Origin: an uncultured virus (IMG/VR IMGVR_UViG_3300010158_000044)
Taxonomy: Duplodnaviria; Heunggongvirae; Uroviricota; Caudoviricetes
Virus record (IMG/VR): IMGVR_UViG_3300010158_000044
Direction: 5' to 3' (one strand)
Length of the DNA stretch: 64,000 nt
Part shown: positions 48,528 through 57,909 of the stretch, piece after piece
Numbering within the stretch: position 1 is the first letter of the stretch
Layout of the letters: each line of letters opens with the position of its first letter
The notes under the pieces: model-generated
Seen by the model: only the letters and a program-made list of their open reading frames with translations
Database searches by the model: none
Told to the model about the DNA's origin: nothing
Program-made: the position numbers and the translations under genes

Positions 48528-48853
48528 TGGCACCTAGAAAAAAGAAAGCTGCACCTGCAGCTCCAGCAGCTCCAGCAGCTCCAGCAGCTCCAGCAGCACG
48601 TACACCAGGAACTAATAAGTCTTCTGCTATGAAGAAGCCTAAGCTTTATACTCCTTCACAAGTAGCGGCTATCTACAGCGTAGATCCAAAGACTGTTACC
48701 CGCTGGACCACAGGCGGCAAGATTGATTCTGTTATGACCCCAGCAGGAACTCACAGAATTCCAGATCATGTTCTGCATTCATCTGGCGTTTGCCGCAAGT
48801 GCGAGACTCTTAAGACAGCTCAAGGCGCTTGTGAGTGCACCGCAAATGGCTGA
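48527..48853 (+). CDS. bldC: BldC-like MerR-HTH regulator with APA linker and C-terminal Cys motif
   Basis: LYTPSQVA....VDPKTVTRW...GK.....T..G..R matches the BldC signature. Confidence 0.8.
   Translation: MAPRKKKAAPAAPAAPAAPAAPAARTPGTNKSSAMKKPKLYTPSQVAAIYSVDPKTVTRWTTGGKIDSVMTPAGTHRIPDHVLHSSGVCRKCETLKTAQGACECTANG
48551..48595 (+). repeat. 9-nt tandem repeat (GCTCCAGCA x4 plus one variant)
   Basis: encodes (APA)5. Confidence 0.9.
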
Positions 48854-49022
48854 AGATATCTCAACTACCACTATCTATGATGGTACTTTAGTTTGTAAGA
48901 ACTGCGGGTACCCAATGACTCCTCTAGAAGCTATGTACAGTGATGATGGTCTATGCCCTTATTGCCGTAACGCTAACTATGAGAAGCATTCTAAGAGTTT
49001 GATGGCTAGCCGTGCAGAGTAG
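48846..49022 (+). CDS. small zinc-ribbon protein
   Basis: CKNCG...LCPYC. Confidence 0.6.
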   Translation: MAEDISTTTIYDGTLVCKNCGYPMTPLEAMYSDDGLCPYCRNANYEKHSKSLMASRAE

Positions 49023-49215
49023 ACAATTCACCTCAGTAGATAGCTGGAATAAGAAAGCCGCAGGCCTTTGGGTCTCCGGACAATCTTCCAGCTTAAATCC
49101 AGGCAGCAAGTCAGCCTCCACAAAGCGTCGCCAGAAGACCAGCCACGCTAGGGGTAAAAAAGTTACCCGTCCACGTGTTAGAAAACACCATAGTCCTGAC
49201 ACAAAAGCAAAATAA
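49012..49215 (+). CDS. small Arg/Lys-rich protein
   Basis: fills the gap between genes, overlaps upstream stop. Confidence 0.45.
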   Translation: MQSRQFTSVDSWNKKAAGLWVSGQSSSLNPGSKSASTKRRQKTSHARGKKVTRPRVRKHHSPDTKAK

Positions 49216-49230
49216 AGGAATAATGACACC

Positions 49231-49386
49231 ATGGCAAAGATGCGTATCAAAGATCCTCATGGCAAGGATATGGACTATAAAGTTGAAAAACTTAAAGTCA
49301 TGACTCCTGAACGTAAGGCTCAAATTGAGGCTAAAGCCAAGGCTTCAGCTAAACCGACAGATAAAAAGAAAGCGAAGAAAAAGTAA
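49231..49386 (+). CDS. 51-aa Lys-rich protein
   Basis: read manually: MAKMRIKDPHGKDMDYKVEK...KKKAKKK; TAATG-coupled to next gene. Confidence 0.6.
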   Translation: MAKMRIKDPHGKDMDYKVEKLKVMTPERKAQIEAKAKASAKPTDKKKAKKK

Positions 49387-49862
49387 TGGATCTAAACAAG
49401 AAGCGTAGAGAGCACAACACTAAGCGTGTTGGAGAAGCAATCCGTGGAAACAAATGGGATTTGAACAAGCCATCTGTTCATGTTATTCCTCGTACTGCTG
49501 ATAAGGTAGAGCCTAAGAAACCTGAATCAGGTAGCCCTAAACCTAAAACTGATTTTGGTGATCACGAAGGACATCGTTATTGGCATGATCATGGCCCATA
49601 TACTAAGCCAAAGCCAAAGCCAAAACCAACTCCAGTAATTGAAACACCTAAATCAAAGCCTAACTCTTCCCAGGAGGATAGTTGGTTTAAAGATGAAGAC
49701 AGTGCTAAACGTCGTAAACCACATCGTCCTTATGATGATGATGATAAACCAAATGGCGGTTCACCTATAGTACCTAAGATAAAGCCAAAATCTCCAGCTG
49801 GTGGGCAATCAAAAGAAATTCCAACAACTAAAAAGTATTTACCAGAATATAACAAACACTAA
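49386..49862 (+). CDS. Lys/Pro-rich disordered protein
   Basis: ORF track; KP repeats. Confidence 0.6.
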   Translation: MDLNKKRREHNTKRVGEAIRGNKWDLNKPSVHVIPRTADKVEPKKPESGSPKPKTDFGDHEGHRYWHDHGPYTKPKPKPKPTPVIETPKSKPNSSQEDSWFKDEDSAKRRKPHRPYDDDDKPNGGSPIVPKIKPKSPAGGQSKEIPTTKKYLPEYNKH

Positions 49863-49870
49863 GGATAACT

Positions 49871-50149
49871 ATGCGCACAGAGAATAAATCACTTAACCAA
49901 AGCGTTAATGAAGGCGCCACAGATGGAAAGTACCGCAAGGTACGTCCTAATACAACTGTTGCTCCAGGTACAGGCGAAGATATTACTCTAGCCAATCGCC
50001 GTGGACTACACCCATACTGGAACTATGATTTTATTGATCAAGAGACACCTAACAAGGTTGCTCCAGGATCTGACGAGGCTAATTCAACACCTCGTGCAGC
50101 TATGCCTGTAGCTCACATCTCTAATGATCAGATGTTAGGTACATACTAA
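49871..50149 (+). CDS. hypothetical protein
   Basis: AAGGA RBS; EGATDGKYRK.RP. Confidence 0.65.
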   Translation: MRTENKSLNQSVNEGATDGKYRKVRPNTTVAPGTGEDITLANRRGLHPYWNYDFIDQETPNKVAPGSDEANSTPRAAMPVAHISNDQMLGTY

Positions 50150-50153
50150 TATT

Positions 50154-50438
50154 GTGGAAGAAACTCCAGACAATGTAGTCAAATTTCCTATGACTAGAGC
50201 TATGCGCTTTCGGCATTCCGTAAATAAAGCTAAAGATGCATTGTTTGAACCTGAGCAGGACACCCATGAAACAAAAGAACCTGTAGCAGAAGAGCCGCTA
50301 AGGCAAGAACATTTTGATGTAGGGCAACAAGAAGCAAAAATTCATTCTTTACGTGATCAGCAGATTAAGCGTAATATGAAAGCAGGCGATGAGTCTGTTG
50401 ATCGTATGATTAACATGAAAGACCCAACAAAGGATTAA
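50154..50438 (+). CDS. hypothetical protein
   Basis: ORF track; NVVKFP motif. Confidence 0.5.
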   Translation: MEETPDNVVKFPMTRAMRFRHSVNKAKDALFEPEQDTHETKEPVAEEPLRQEHFDVGQQEAKIHSLRDQQIKRNMKAGDESVDRMINMKDPTKD

Positions 50439-50440
50439 TA

Positions 50441-50647
50441 ATGGCTACAGTACCCCGCAGAGAATTTAAGCGACCCCACGTAAAATTTCGCACTGGTGTT
50501 ATTTCTTCTGAAGAAATTATGAAAGCTGTGGCAGCTAGCGGAGTACCTGATGACACAGAGCTAACTGGTGTTAAAGGGCTTCGTAATAAACCTGTCCTTG
50601 AAGGTGAAAAAGATCCTAAGGTAAAGAACTTATACGGGAAGAAGTAA
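50441..50647 (+). CDS. hypothetical protein
   Basis: AAGGA RBS. Confidence 0.55.
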   Translation: MATVPRREFKRPHVKFRTGVISSEEIMKAVAASGVPDDTELTGVKGLRNKPVLEGEKDPKVKNLYGKK

Positions 50648-50649
50648 CT

Positions 50650-51888
50650 ATGTCGGCAGAAGAGATTCTAAGCTTTGCTAAAACACATGCCGGTAAAGGT
50701 TATCGTTCTGCCTTTGATCCTGAAGATGATCGTGGCGATGAAGGCGAAAACATTCAAGGAGAAGAAATTCTCCGTGAACCTAAGCATCGTGCTAAGCAGA
50801 AGAGCATTGAAGTATTTCCAAGCAACCCTGAATCAGGAACTTCTGCAGCTTTAAAAACTACAGCTATCACACAGCGCCGCAAGTCTGATCAAGGGCTTCC
50901 TTGCTTTAACGCAAATAAGAATCAAGGACATCCTAAAGCAACTCACATCTTTCATACCCCATCTACTAGCGTAGAAGGTGGCGTAGGCTATCCACTATGC
51001 GCAAGCTGCCTTTCAGAAGAACAAGAACATCTTGCCACATGGCGTAAAAAGAACCCAGATACATACGTAAAATCTCCAGAAGCAATTACTCCAGACGTAG
51101 CTACTCGTCAAATTGGAGAAGAAGCTGGTATGAGGAATGATAAAAGAGCTCTTATGTCTGCATATATGGTCTTTGGTAAAGGTATTAGCCCAGAAGATGA
51201 GCGTTCTTGGGTAGAGACTAAGGCCGGCTACGCTGGTCCAGGCCGTACTCCAGGTACAACTAAGGGCATAGAAAGAACTCCTGAGTTTAAAGCTACTGCA
51301 TTAGAAACAGCTCTAGAGCGTGCTCGTTCCGGTAAGGGCGGCCGTACAGCTGAAGAGCTACAAAAAATCGGTGAGTCTGAAGAAGAACGTAGAGATTATT
51401 CAAAGGGTTACGTAAAAAATAAAGCGGGAAAGCTCACACGTTTTTACAAGCCTCTTGGTGAAGCTGCTAAAGGCAAGCGTAAGCCTATTGCTAAGGGTAA
51501 CTATGTAGCTAAAAAAGATGCTGCTCCAGGAGAAGCACCTATTGAAAAGGTTATGTCTGTAGCTAAGGAAGCCAAGAAGCACGGTACATATTTAGATAAA
51601 GATATTTGGCGTGCCATCATTGAGAATCATGGTGAAGGCGTAGTTCAGCCTAAGCATGTCGTAGAGCATGTTAAGGGCCAGCAAATGCAAAAAGAGTTTG
51701 AAGCTAAAAACAAGGGTAAGAAGCAAAAAGCCCTCCCTATTTCACGCCGTCCTGGCGCATTCTCATCTTATGTACAGAACGCTGCCGGATCTAATGACTT
51801 TGAAGAGCGTAAGGAAGCTAATGCTGATGAAGATTGGCAAAGCTACCTATCTCGTAATGAAGAATTTAACGGTGGTTCTGGCCGCTAG
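50650..51888 (+). CDS. large charged hypothetical protein
   Basis: 412-aa ORF; C...H...CASC possible zinc site. Confidence 0.7.
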   Translation: MSAEEILSFAKTHAGKGYRSAFDPEDDRGDEGENIQGEEILREPKHRAKQKSIEVFPSNPESGTSAALKTTAITQRRKSDQGLPCFNANKNQGHPKATHIFHTPSTSVEGGVGYPLCASCLSEEQEHLATWRKKNPDTYVKSPEAITPDVATRQIGEEAGMRNDKRALMSAYMVFGKGISPEDERSWVETKAGYAGPGRTPGTTKGIERTPEFKATALETALERARSGKGGRTAEELQKIGESEEERRDYSKGYVKNKAGKLTRFYKPLGEAAKGKRKPIAKGNYVAKKDAAPGEAPIEKVMSVAKEAKKHGTYLDKDIWRAIIENHGEGVVQPKHVVEHVKGQQMQKEFEAKNKGKKQKALPISRRPGAFSSYVQNAAGSNDFEERKEANADEDWQSYLSRNEEFNGGSGR

Positions 51889-51934
51889 CATTTTGTGGTA
51901 CGATATTGTATAGAGGGATAAGTGGGGTAAATAA

Positions 51935-52513
51935 ATGACCATTCCAATTTTGGGTCAAGGCGGCAACGCCGATGAAGGAACATACACAGAGATCAAGGAC
52001 GACGGTCCTAAGATTCGTCTGCTCTACTGCTATAACTGCAAATCAATTGAAGAGCTTCCAGACTTTGAAGGTCATCCAGATGACGACGTAACTCTTCAGG
52101 TTTTGATTGATCGTCATGAATCTGCAGGAATTCCACATAGCGGATTTTTATCTAAAGTGGGAGTTAAGCTGTACTCTCGTCCTGAGGTACGTAAGCAGAT
52201 TATTGAAAACCTTCGTAACAAGGTCGGTGGCGGCTTAGCTGATATAGATCCTGATTACTATACGACCAAGGCAACATTCTTTGATGATGCTATGAAGTGC
52301 TTTAATCTACACTTACGTCCTGTAGAGGGATGTTATGATTGGAAAGTTGAAAGCAAGCGCTTGGTACCAAAAAGCACAGCAGAAGCTAGAAAAGAACTCG
52401 GTCTTGAAACTGCAGCAAAATCTGGTGGCACAAAGGTATACTTGTGCGACTTTTGCCCAGCTAAGACTTTTGTAGTAGAACAAAACCGTAAAAAACTCGG
52501 ACTATACGAATAG
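51935..52513 (+). CDS. zinc-binding hypothetical protein
   Basis: CYNC, H...H, C..H....C, LCDFCP. Confidence 0.7.
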   Translation: MTIPILGQGGNADEGTYTEIKDDGPKIRLLYCYNCKSIEELPDFEGHPDDDVTLQVLIDRHESAGIPHSGFLSKVGVKLYSRPEVRKQIIENLRNKVGGGLADIDPDYYTTKATFFDDAMKCFNLHLRPVEGCYDWKVESKRLVPKSTAEARKELGLETAAKSGGTKVYLCDFCPAKTFVVEQNRKKLGLYE

Positions 52514-52521
52514 GATATAAA

Positions 52522-52803
52522 ATGACAGACGAAACAACAACCTCAGATGCGACAGCCGAAGCTCCAGCTCATCCAGCAATTAAGTTTGGTTTTGCTGTTC
52601 TTATTGATGATGGCGGAAACGTATTCATTGAAAAGAGCCCATCGGTATTTTCTTTGCCAGTAGAGCGTGAAGCAACTCTTATCGAAGTTCGCCGCTACAC
52701 CTCTGAAATTCTTATGGATCTTCAGGCACAGGCAGCAGCTGAATACTCAGCGCTTCGAATTGCAGCTATTGCAGAAGAAGCTAAGGCAGCTAAAAACTCC
52801 TAA
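52522..52803 (+). CDS. hypothetical protein
   Basis: AGGA RBS; REATL motif. Confidence 0.6.
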   Translation: MTDETTTSDATAEAPAHPAIKFGFAVLIDDGGNVFIEKSPSVFSLPVEREATLIEVRRYTSEILMDLQAQAAAEYSALRIAAIAEEAKAAKNS

Positions 52804-52857
52804 TATTAATAGTATTCAAGCCAAGACGTAACTACGTGAGGATGAAAGAATACGGAT

Positions 52858-53772
52858 ATGGGAATTTATGATTATCAGAAGGCTCCGGGTATTGCACCCG
52901 GGGCTACTTCTTATTTCAGCGCACCTGCAGCTGAACTAGATCCTCGTTTATTCCAAGGTGAATCATTACGCATAACTATGCGTGATGGAATCTTAGAGAT
53001 TCTTTTTGATTTCTTAGGCCGCAATTTCTCTGATCCATATAATTGGACTAGAGCTTGGTTAGCTGGTTCTGGTGTCTCTTATCAATGGCAAGCAGCTCGT
53101 CAACCTGGCGATCTGGATTGTCTTGTTGGTATTGAGTATGTAAAGTTTCGTCAATCAAACCCAGAATATATAGGCTTCTCTAATCAAGAGATAGCTTCTA
53201 TGTTCAATGAAAGCTTTAATGCTGAGATTATGCCTAATACCCGTAACTGGGAAGGCTACGAGCTTACATTTTATGTAAACCCTGCAACTGATATTCGGGA
53301 GATTAACCCGTATGCAGCCTATGATCTTATTGCGGATGCTTGGACTGTAAAACCTGAGCACAATCCTCAACCACCATTCAGTCGTGATTGGGAACAAAAA
53401 GCACAGCGTGATCATGACATGGCGGCGGAGATCTTAGATAGGTATAACAGCGCTATCAATGATCTTAGAGGAGCACCAAATGATGCTTATCGAATTAATG
53501 CTGAGAGAAAGCTGAGACTTGCTCAAGATCAAGCTGTCGCATTCTATGATGATGTTCATCATGGTCGCAATATTGCATTCAGTCAGACGGGTACCGGGTA
53601 CGCAGACTTCCACAACTATCGCTGGCAAGCCGGTAAGAAATCTGGAGCTATACAAGCTTTAAGAACTATCAAAGATCAAAGAGATTCGTTAGAAAAAAAG
53701 AGTCAAAAAGAGCTCTATGGTATAGAGCTTCCAACTACAGCTACGCTTATACGGAGAACACTCCGAGGTTAG
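52858..53772 (+). CDS. Pol-beta superfamily nucleotidyltransferase
   Basis: WLAGSGVSYQW...GDLDCLV (GS...DxD) and a downstream YELTFY acidic residue. Confidence 0.75.
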   Translation: MGIYDYQKAPGIAPGATSYFSAPAAELDPRLFQGESLRITMRDGILEILFDFLGRNFSDPYNWTRAWLAGSGVSYQWQAARQPGDLDCLVGIEYVKFRQSNPEYIGFSNQEIASMFNESFNAEIMPNTRNWEGYELTFYVNPATDIREINPYAAYDLIADAWTVKPEHNPQPPFSRDWEQKAQRDHDMAAEILDRYNSAINDLRGAPNDAYRINAERKLRLAQDQAVAFYDDVHHGRNIAFSQTGTGYADFHNYRWQAGKKSGAIQALRTIKDQRDSLEKKSQKELYGIELPTTATLIRRTLRG

Positions 53773-53790
53773 ATGCTGTAGAATAAGGGC

Positions 53791-53889
53791 ATGGACAGGT
53801 ACCAATGCCAGATCTGCAACAAGATGTACGTGGTAACTTCTCTCGCAAGATATTGTGAGCAGAAACATTTGGACAAAGATGAGGAATGA
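53791..53889 (+). CDS. 32-aa zinc-finger peptide
   Basis: read manually: MDRYQCQICNKMYVVTSLARYCEQKHLDKDEE; TAGAAT-N6-ATG. Confidence 0.65.
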   Translation: MDRYQCQICNKMYVVTSLARYCEQKHLDKDEE

Positions 53890-54350
53890 TGTCAGCAATT
53901 ATTGCAATAGAGGGTGTTTTAATGACCGAGGTTGGAGATCCAATCCCGGAAGGCATTAAGCTGTTCCGAATTCTTTCTGAAGTTTATCGTGTTGTTTTAA
54001 GCTCCGATATGGATCCAGATAAAACTGAGCATTGGCTTCGTAGCCATTTAATCTTTGGGTACGGCGATATCTATGATAATTCAAAGTTTTTTGTAGGACA
54101 AGAGCTACGCCTACGCCACCTGGATATAGCTAAGTCGCAAGGCAAGGTTGAGCTATTTATTGACTCAGACGCAGATTTTTGCGCTGCTGCCCTATCTATG
54201 AACATCCCAACTATTATGTTTGCTTCTCCTCGTTTTGTTAGAACTAACCGCAGTGTTAAACCGTGGGAAGATCTGCAGAAAGAAGTAGATCTGCAGCGTG
54301 AAGCTCTTTTGGAAGCTCACCTAGGTAGTAGAATCAACCGGTTCGAATGA
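53886..54350 (+). CDS. HAD-fold protein with degenerate catalytic motif
   Basis: IIAIEGVL (cf. DxDGVL), PI.EG, VLSS, LFIDSD. Confidence 0.65.
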   Translation: MMSAIIAIEGVLMTEVGDPIPEGIKLFRILSEVYRVVLSSDMDPDKTEHWLRSHLIFGYGDIYDNSKFFVGQELRLRHLDIAKSQGKVELFIDSDADFCAAALSMNIPTIMFASPRFVRTNRSVKPWEDLQKEVDLQREALLEAHLGSRINRFE

Positions 54351-55825
54351 ACCTGGTATTCATGGGGGCTGAAGTACCGTCCCATCGCATATTACTTACT
54401 AACATGGGAGTTAAGCATGTTAGCGTCAACTATTATCGTTTAGTCAAGCGTGGCTTGCCTAAGACCAAAGATTACTTGATCCAGGGAAGATTTCCGGATG
54501 ATGTTAAAGTCTACGTAGATGGTGGCGGGCACCAGATCAATGACCTTAACATGACTGAGCGTGAGATTCAAGAGTATGCGGAGAACTACCAGGAATGGGT
54601 CGGCATCAATGCCGAAAGAATCTCTGGAGCTACTGAGCTAGACGCTAAAGTACTTGGGCCTTCATGGACTAACTACCATCGCACCACTATGATTGAGAAT
54701 CTTGGGGAAGATAAGCTTTGGGTAGTGTGGCACCCAGAATTAGGCCATACGGCCCTCTACGGCCTTGCAGAGCGATACATGAACATTGCCCTACTAGGAG
54801 AGACTTTAGAGGACGATACAAGCCTTGCAGCCCGTTCTAGAGCCCTTCTAAATGAGTTCCCTGATCTACAATTTCACGGTGTGGCATGTGCCAAACCTGA
54901 TAACCTACGCCAGGTGGCATTGACCACAGCAAGCAGTCTTTCTTGGTTAAGTCCAATGATGCGTGGAGAAACAATTGTCTGGGATGGAACCCGTTTGGTT
55001 CGTTACCAGAAGAAGCAAAAAGATCAAGCTCGTCCTCGCTATAAAGCGATCATTGAGAGAGCTGGTTTAGACTACGACAAGATTATTAATGACGATAGTA
55101 ATGAGGTAACCCGCCTCGCTATATGGTCCTACATGCAACTGGAGAACGCCTTGGATAAAAGATCCGGTAAGAAGCTATCTGATAACAGTGAGTTTATAGA
55201 TGACCCAGGAAGTGCGGAAACAGGTGGTGCGCTTCCTGATAAGAGACCTTCAGAAGGTAGGAAAGTTTTGGCAGAAAGAGACGTAAATGACCGTCAGATT
55301 CTGCCTGTTTTTGGTGTAAAAGTTAAGACGGTTGTTGAAAAAGATGAGGATGGAAAAGATGTTCTTAAAGATGTACCTATCCTTTCTAGCACCTCTGCAT
55401 CACTTCGTCAATGCGATACTTGCTTTGTAGCGGCAAATTGTCCTGCTTTTAAACCTGCTAATAGTTGTGCTTTCAATCTACCTGTAGAGATTAAGACTAA
55501 AGAGCAACTTAAGGGTTTACTCAACACAGTTATCGAAATGCAGGGCGCTAGAGTCGCTTTTGCACGATATGCAGAGGAATTGAACGGCGGATACCCGGAT
55601 CCTAACACTGGACAAGAGATTGATCGACTCTTTAAATTGGTTGGTCAAATGAAAGAACTGGAAGAGAATAAAGAGTTCATCCGTATCACAGCAGAGCGCC
55701 AAACTTCTGGCGGTGTATTGTCAGCCCTATTTGGTGACAAAGCTAACACTCTCCGTGAGCTCCCTAACGGTGGACTAAGTGAGGCCCAATCGAGTAGAAT
55801 ATTAGATGAGGGCTTTAAACTTTAA
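54347..55825 (+). CDS. TGT/DpdA-like TIM-barrel protein with C-terminal Cys4 and helical domain
   Basis: ordered motifs VDGGG, ELD, VWH, IALLG, HGVA, SSLSW, RG echo DSGAF/LD/PV.H/ALGG/H.LG/DS.SW; CDTC....C......C. Confidence 0.55.
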   Translation: MNLVFMGAEVPSHRILLTNMGVKHVSVNYYRLVKRGLPKTKDYLIQGRFPDDVKVYVDGGGHQINDLNMTEREIQEYAENYQEWVGINAERISGATELDAKVLGPSWTNYHRTTMIENLGEDKLWVVWHPELGHTALYGLAERYMNIALLGETLEDDTSLAARSRALLNEFPDLQFHGVACAKPDNLRQVALTTASSLSWLSPMMRGETIVWDGTRLVRYQKKQKDQARPRYKAIIERAGLDYDKIINDDSNEVTRLAIWSYMQLENALDKRSGKKLSDNSEFIDDPGSAETGGALPDKRPSEGRKVLAERDVNDRQILPVFGVKVKTVVEKDEDGKDVLKDVPILSSTSASLRQCDTCFVAANCPAFKPANSCAFNLPVEIKTKEQLKGLLNTVIEMQGARVAFARYAEELNGGYPDPNTGQEIDRLFKLVGQMKELEENKEFIRITAERQTSGGVLSALFGDKANTLRELPNGGLSEAQSSRILDEGFKL

Positions 55826-55866
55826 TACCTGTTAATAGTAAATCCCACCTAGAAAAGAGGCTGTAA

Positions 55867-57900
55867 TTGTTTTCGTTTAATCTTGCTGAAGAGTTTGTAA
55901 ATACCTACCGTTCCAAGAAGGTTAACTGGGGGTACCGTGATGCTGCGGGAAACTCTGTCGGGGAAATTACTTTTATCAGAACTTATTCTCGTCTTAAAGA
56001 GGATGGAACCAAGGAGACTTGGGCAGATACTTGTGAGCGTGTTATTAATGGCATGTACTCAATCCAAAAAGACCATGCTAAGAGCCAACGTCTCCCATGG
56101 TCAGATGCTAAGGCTCAAGCCTCGGCTAAAGAAGCATTCGACCGTATGTTCGAATTCAAATGGACTCCACCTGGTCGTGGTCTATGGATGATGGGAACTC
56201 CCCTCGTCAATGTTCAAAAGAATTCTGCAGCGTTGCAGAACTGTTCCTTTGTATCCACAGATGCGATGACCAAGATTAACCCTGCCAAACCATTCGCATT
56301 CTTAATGGAAGCATCTATGCTGGGAGTCGGCGTAGGCTTTGATACCAAGGGTGCAGACAAGGACTTTACGATCTATGACCCACAACCAGATTCCGATCCA
56401 ATCATCATCCCAGACACCCGTGAGGGCTGGGTTGAAAGCACCACTACCGTCATCAATAGCTACCTTACATCAGATAAGAAGAAGCCTGTATTCGACTACA
56501 GCCAAATCAGGCCTGCAGGAACTCAGATTAAAACCTTTGGGGGCACAGCAGCCGGAGCAGAACCACTAATCAAACTTCATAAGCACATTGACAGTATCTT
56601 CTCAGGCCGTGCTGGAGAAAAGCTAACCGTTCGTGATATCGCAGATCTTGGAAACTTAATTGGAGTATGCGTAGTATCTGGAAACGTACGCCGATCAGCT
56701 GAGCTACTTATGGGTAAGATTGATGATGAAGTATTTCTTAATCTTAAGAACTACGATAAGTACCCAGAACGTATAGGCCACGGCTGGATGTCTAACAACT
56801 CTGTTGAGGTATCTGTAGGACAAGATCTATCTCCCATCATTGATGGTATTGCTCGTAACGGTGAACCTGGCGTAATCTGGATGGATGTTACCCGTCAATA
56901 CGGTCGTCTATCAGACCCAATTAATAATAAAGACTGGAGAGCTGCCGGCTATAACCCATGTGCTGAGCAATCTCTAGAATCTATGGAGTGCTGTACTCTT
57001 GTTGAGACCTATATTGGTCGCCACGAGACTCTTGAGGATTTCAAGCGCACTCTTAAGTTCGCTTATCTCTATGCTAAGACTGTAACTCTTCTTCCAACTC
57101 ACTGGGAAGAAACCAATGCAATCATGCAACGCAACCGTCGCATTGGAACCTCTATTTCAGGCGTGGCTAATTTTGCTGACACTAAAGGCCTCCCTGTCCT
57201 ACGTAAGTGGATGGATGAGGGCTATGCAACAGTTCAAGGCTATGATAAGAGTTACTCAGAGTGGTTAGGTATCCGTGAGTCTATTAAGACCACAACCATC
57301 AAGCCATCAGGAACAGTCTCTATTTTAGCTGGCGAGTCTCCTGGAGTTCACTGGACACCGGGTGGAAAGTACTTCCTTCGTACCATTCGTTTTGCTAACA
57401 ATGATCCTATGCTGCCACTGTTTAAGATGGCTAATTACCGTGTTGAACCTGAGGTACATTCCCCAGATACAACATCAGTTGTGTACTTCCCAATCGAAGC
57501 ACAAGCAGTACGCTCTGAGAAGGAAGTATCTATCTATGAAAAAATGGCACTAGCCGCAACTGCACAACGATATTGGTCTGACAACTCTGTATCTGTCACC
57601 GTATCATTTGACCCTAAGACTGAAGCAGAAGCAATTGGTACAGCTCTGCACATGTATGATGGACAACTTAAAACTGTTTCATTCTTAGCAATGGATGACG
57701 GGGCATACCCCCAGATGCCATATACTCGCAGTAATCCTGAAGAGTACGAAGAAGGTCGCATGACCCTATTCCCAATCGATCTAAGCGGTGTCTATGCTGG
57801 AATGGCATTTGATGCTGTTGGTGAGGCTTACTGTACAACAGACGCATGTGAAGTAAAAATGATCAAAGATGTAAATCCAGAAGACATCAAAACTAACTAA
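55867..57900 (+). CDS. nrdJ: class II (adenosylcobalamin-dependent) ribonucleotide reductase, monomeric type
   Basis: RTYSR, PPGRGLW, LQNC, VVSGNVRRSA, YNPCAEQ.L...ECC.L.E, KPSGTVS, WSDNSVS. Confidence 0.95.
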   Translation: MFSFNLAEEFVNTYRSKKVNWGYRDAAGNSVGEITFIRTYSRLKEDGTKETWADTCERVINGMYSIQKDHAKSQRLPWSDAKAQASAKEAFDRMFEFKWTPPGRGLWMMGTPLVNVQKNSAALQNCSFVSTDAMTKINPAKPFAFLMEASMLGVGVGFDTKGADKDFTIYDPQPDSDPIIIPDTREGWVESTTTVINSYLTSDKKKPVFDYSQIRPAGTQIKTFGGTAAGAEPLIKLHKHIDSIFSGRAGEKLTVRDIADLGNLIGVCVVSGNVRRSAELLMGKIDDEVFLNLKNYDKYPERIGHGWMSNNSVEVSVGQDLSPIIDGIARNGEPGVIWMDVTRQYGRLSDPINNKDWRAAGYNPCAEQSLESMECCTLVETYIGRHETLEDFKRTLKFAYLYAKTVTLLPTHWEETNAIMQRNRRIGTSISGVANFADTKGLPVLRKWMDEGYATVQGYDKSYSEWLGIRESIKTTTIKPSGTVSILAGESPGVHWTPGGKYFLRTIRFANNDPMLPLFKMANYRVEPEVHSPDTTSVVYFPIEAQAVRSEKEVSIYEKMALAATAQRYWSDNSVSVTVSFDPKTEAEAIGTALHMYDGQLKTVSFLAMDDGAYPQMPYTRSNPEEYEEGRMTLFPIDLSGVYAGMAFDAVGEAYCTTDACEVKMIKDVNPEDIKTN

Positions 57901-57909
57901 GGAGATAGC

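Noticed and set aside
54347..55825. Complete 7-deazaguanine DNA modification pathway
   Set aside because: No queC/queD/queE/folE in the window and the TGT-like catalytic Asp appears substituted; reported instead as an unexplained variant
29887..57900. Inteins or introns in DnaB, SNF2 helicase, PolA, RecA or NrdJ
   Set aside because: Lengths are normal, motifs are contiguous, and no C...HN splice junctions or homing endonuclease motifs were seen
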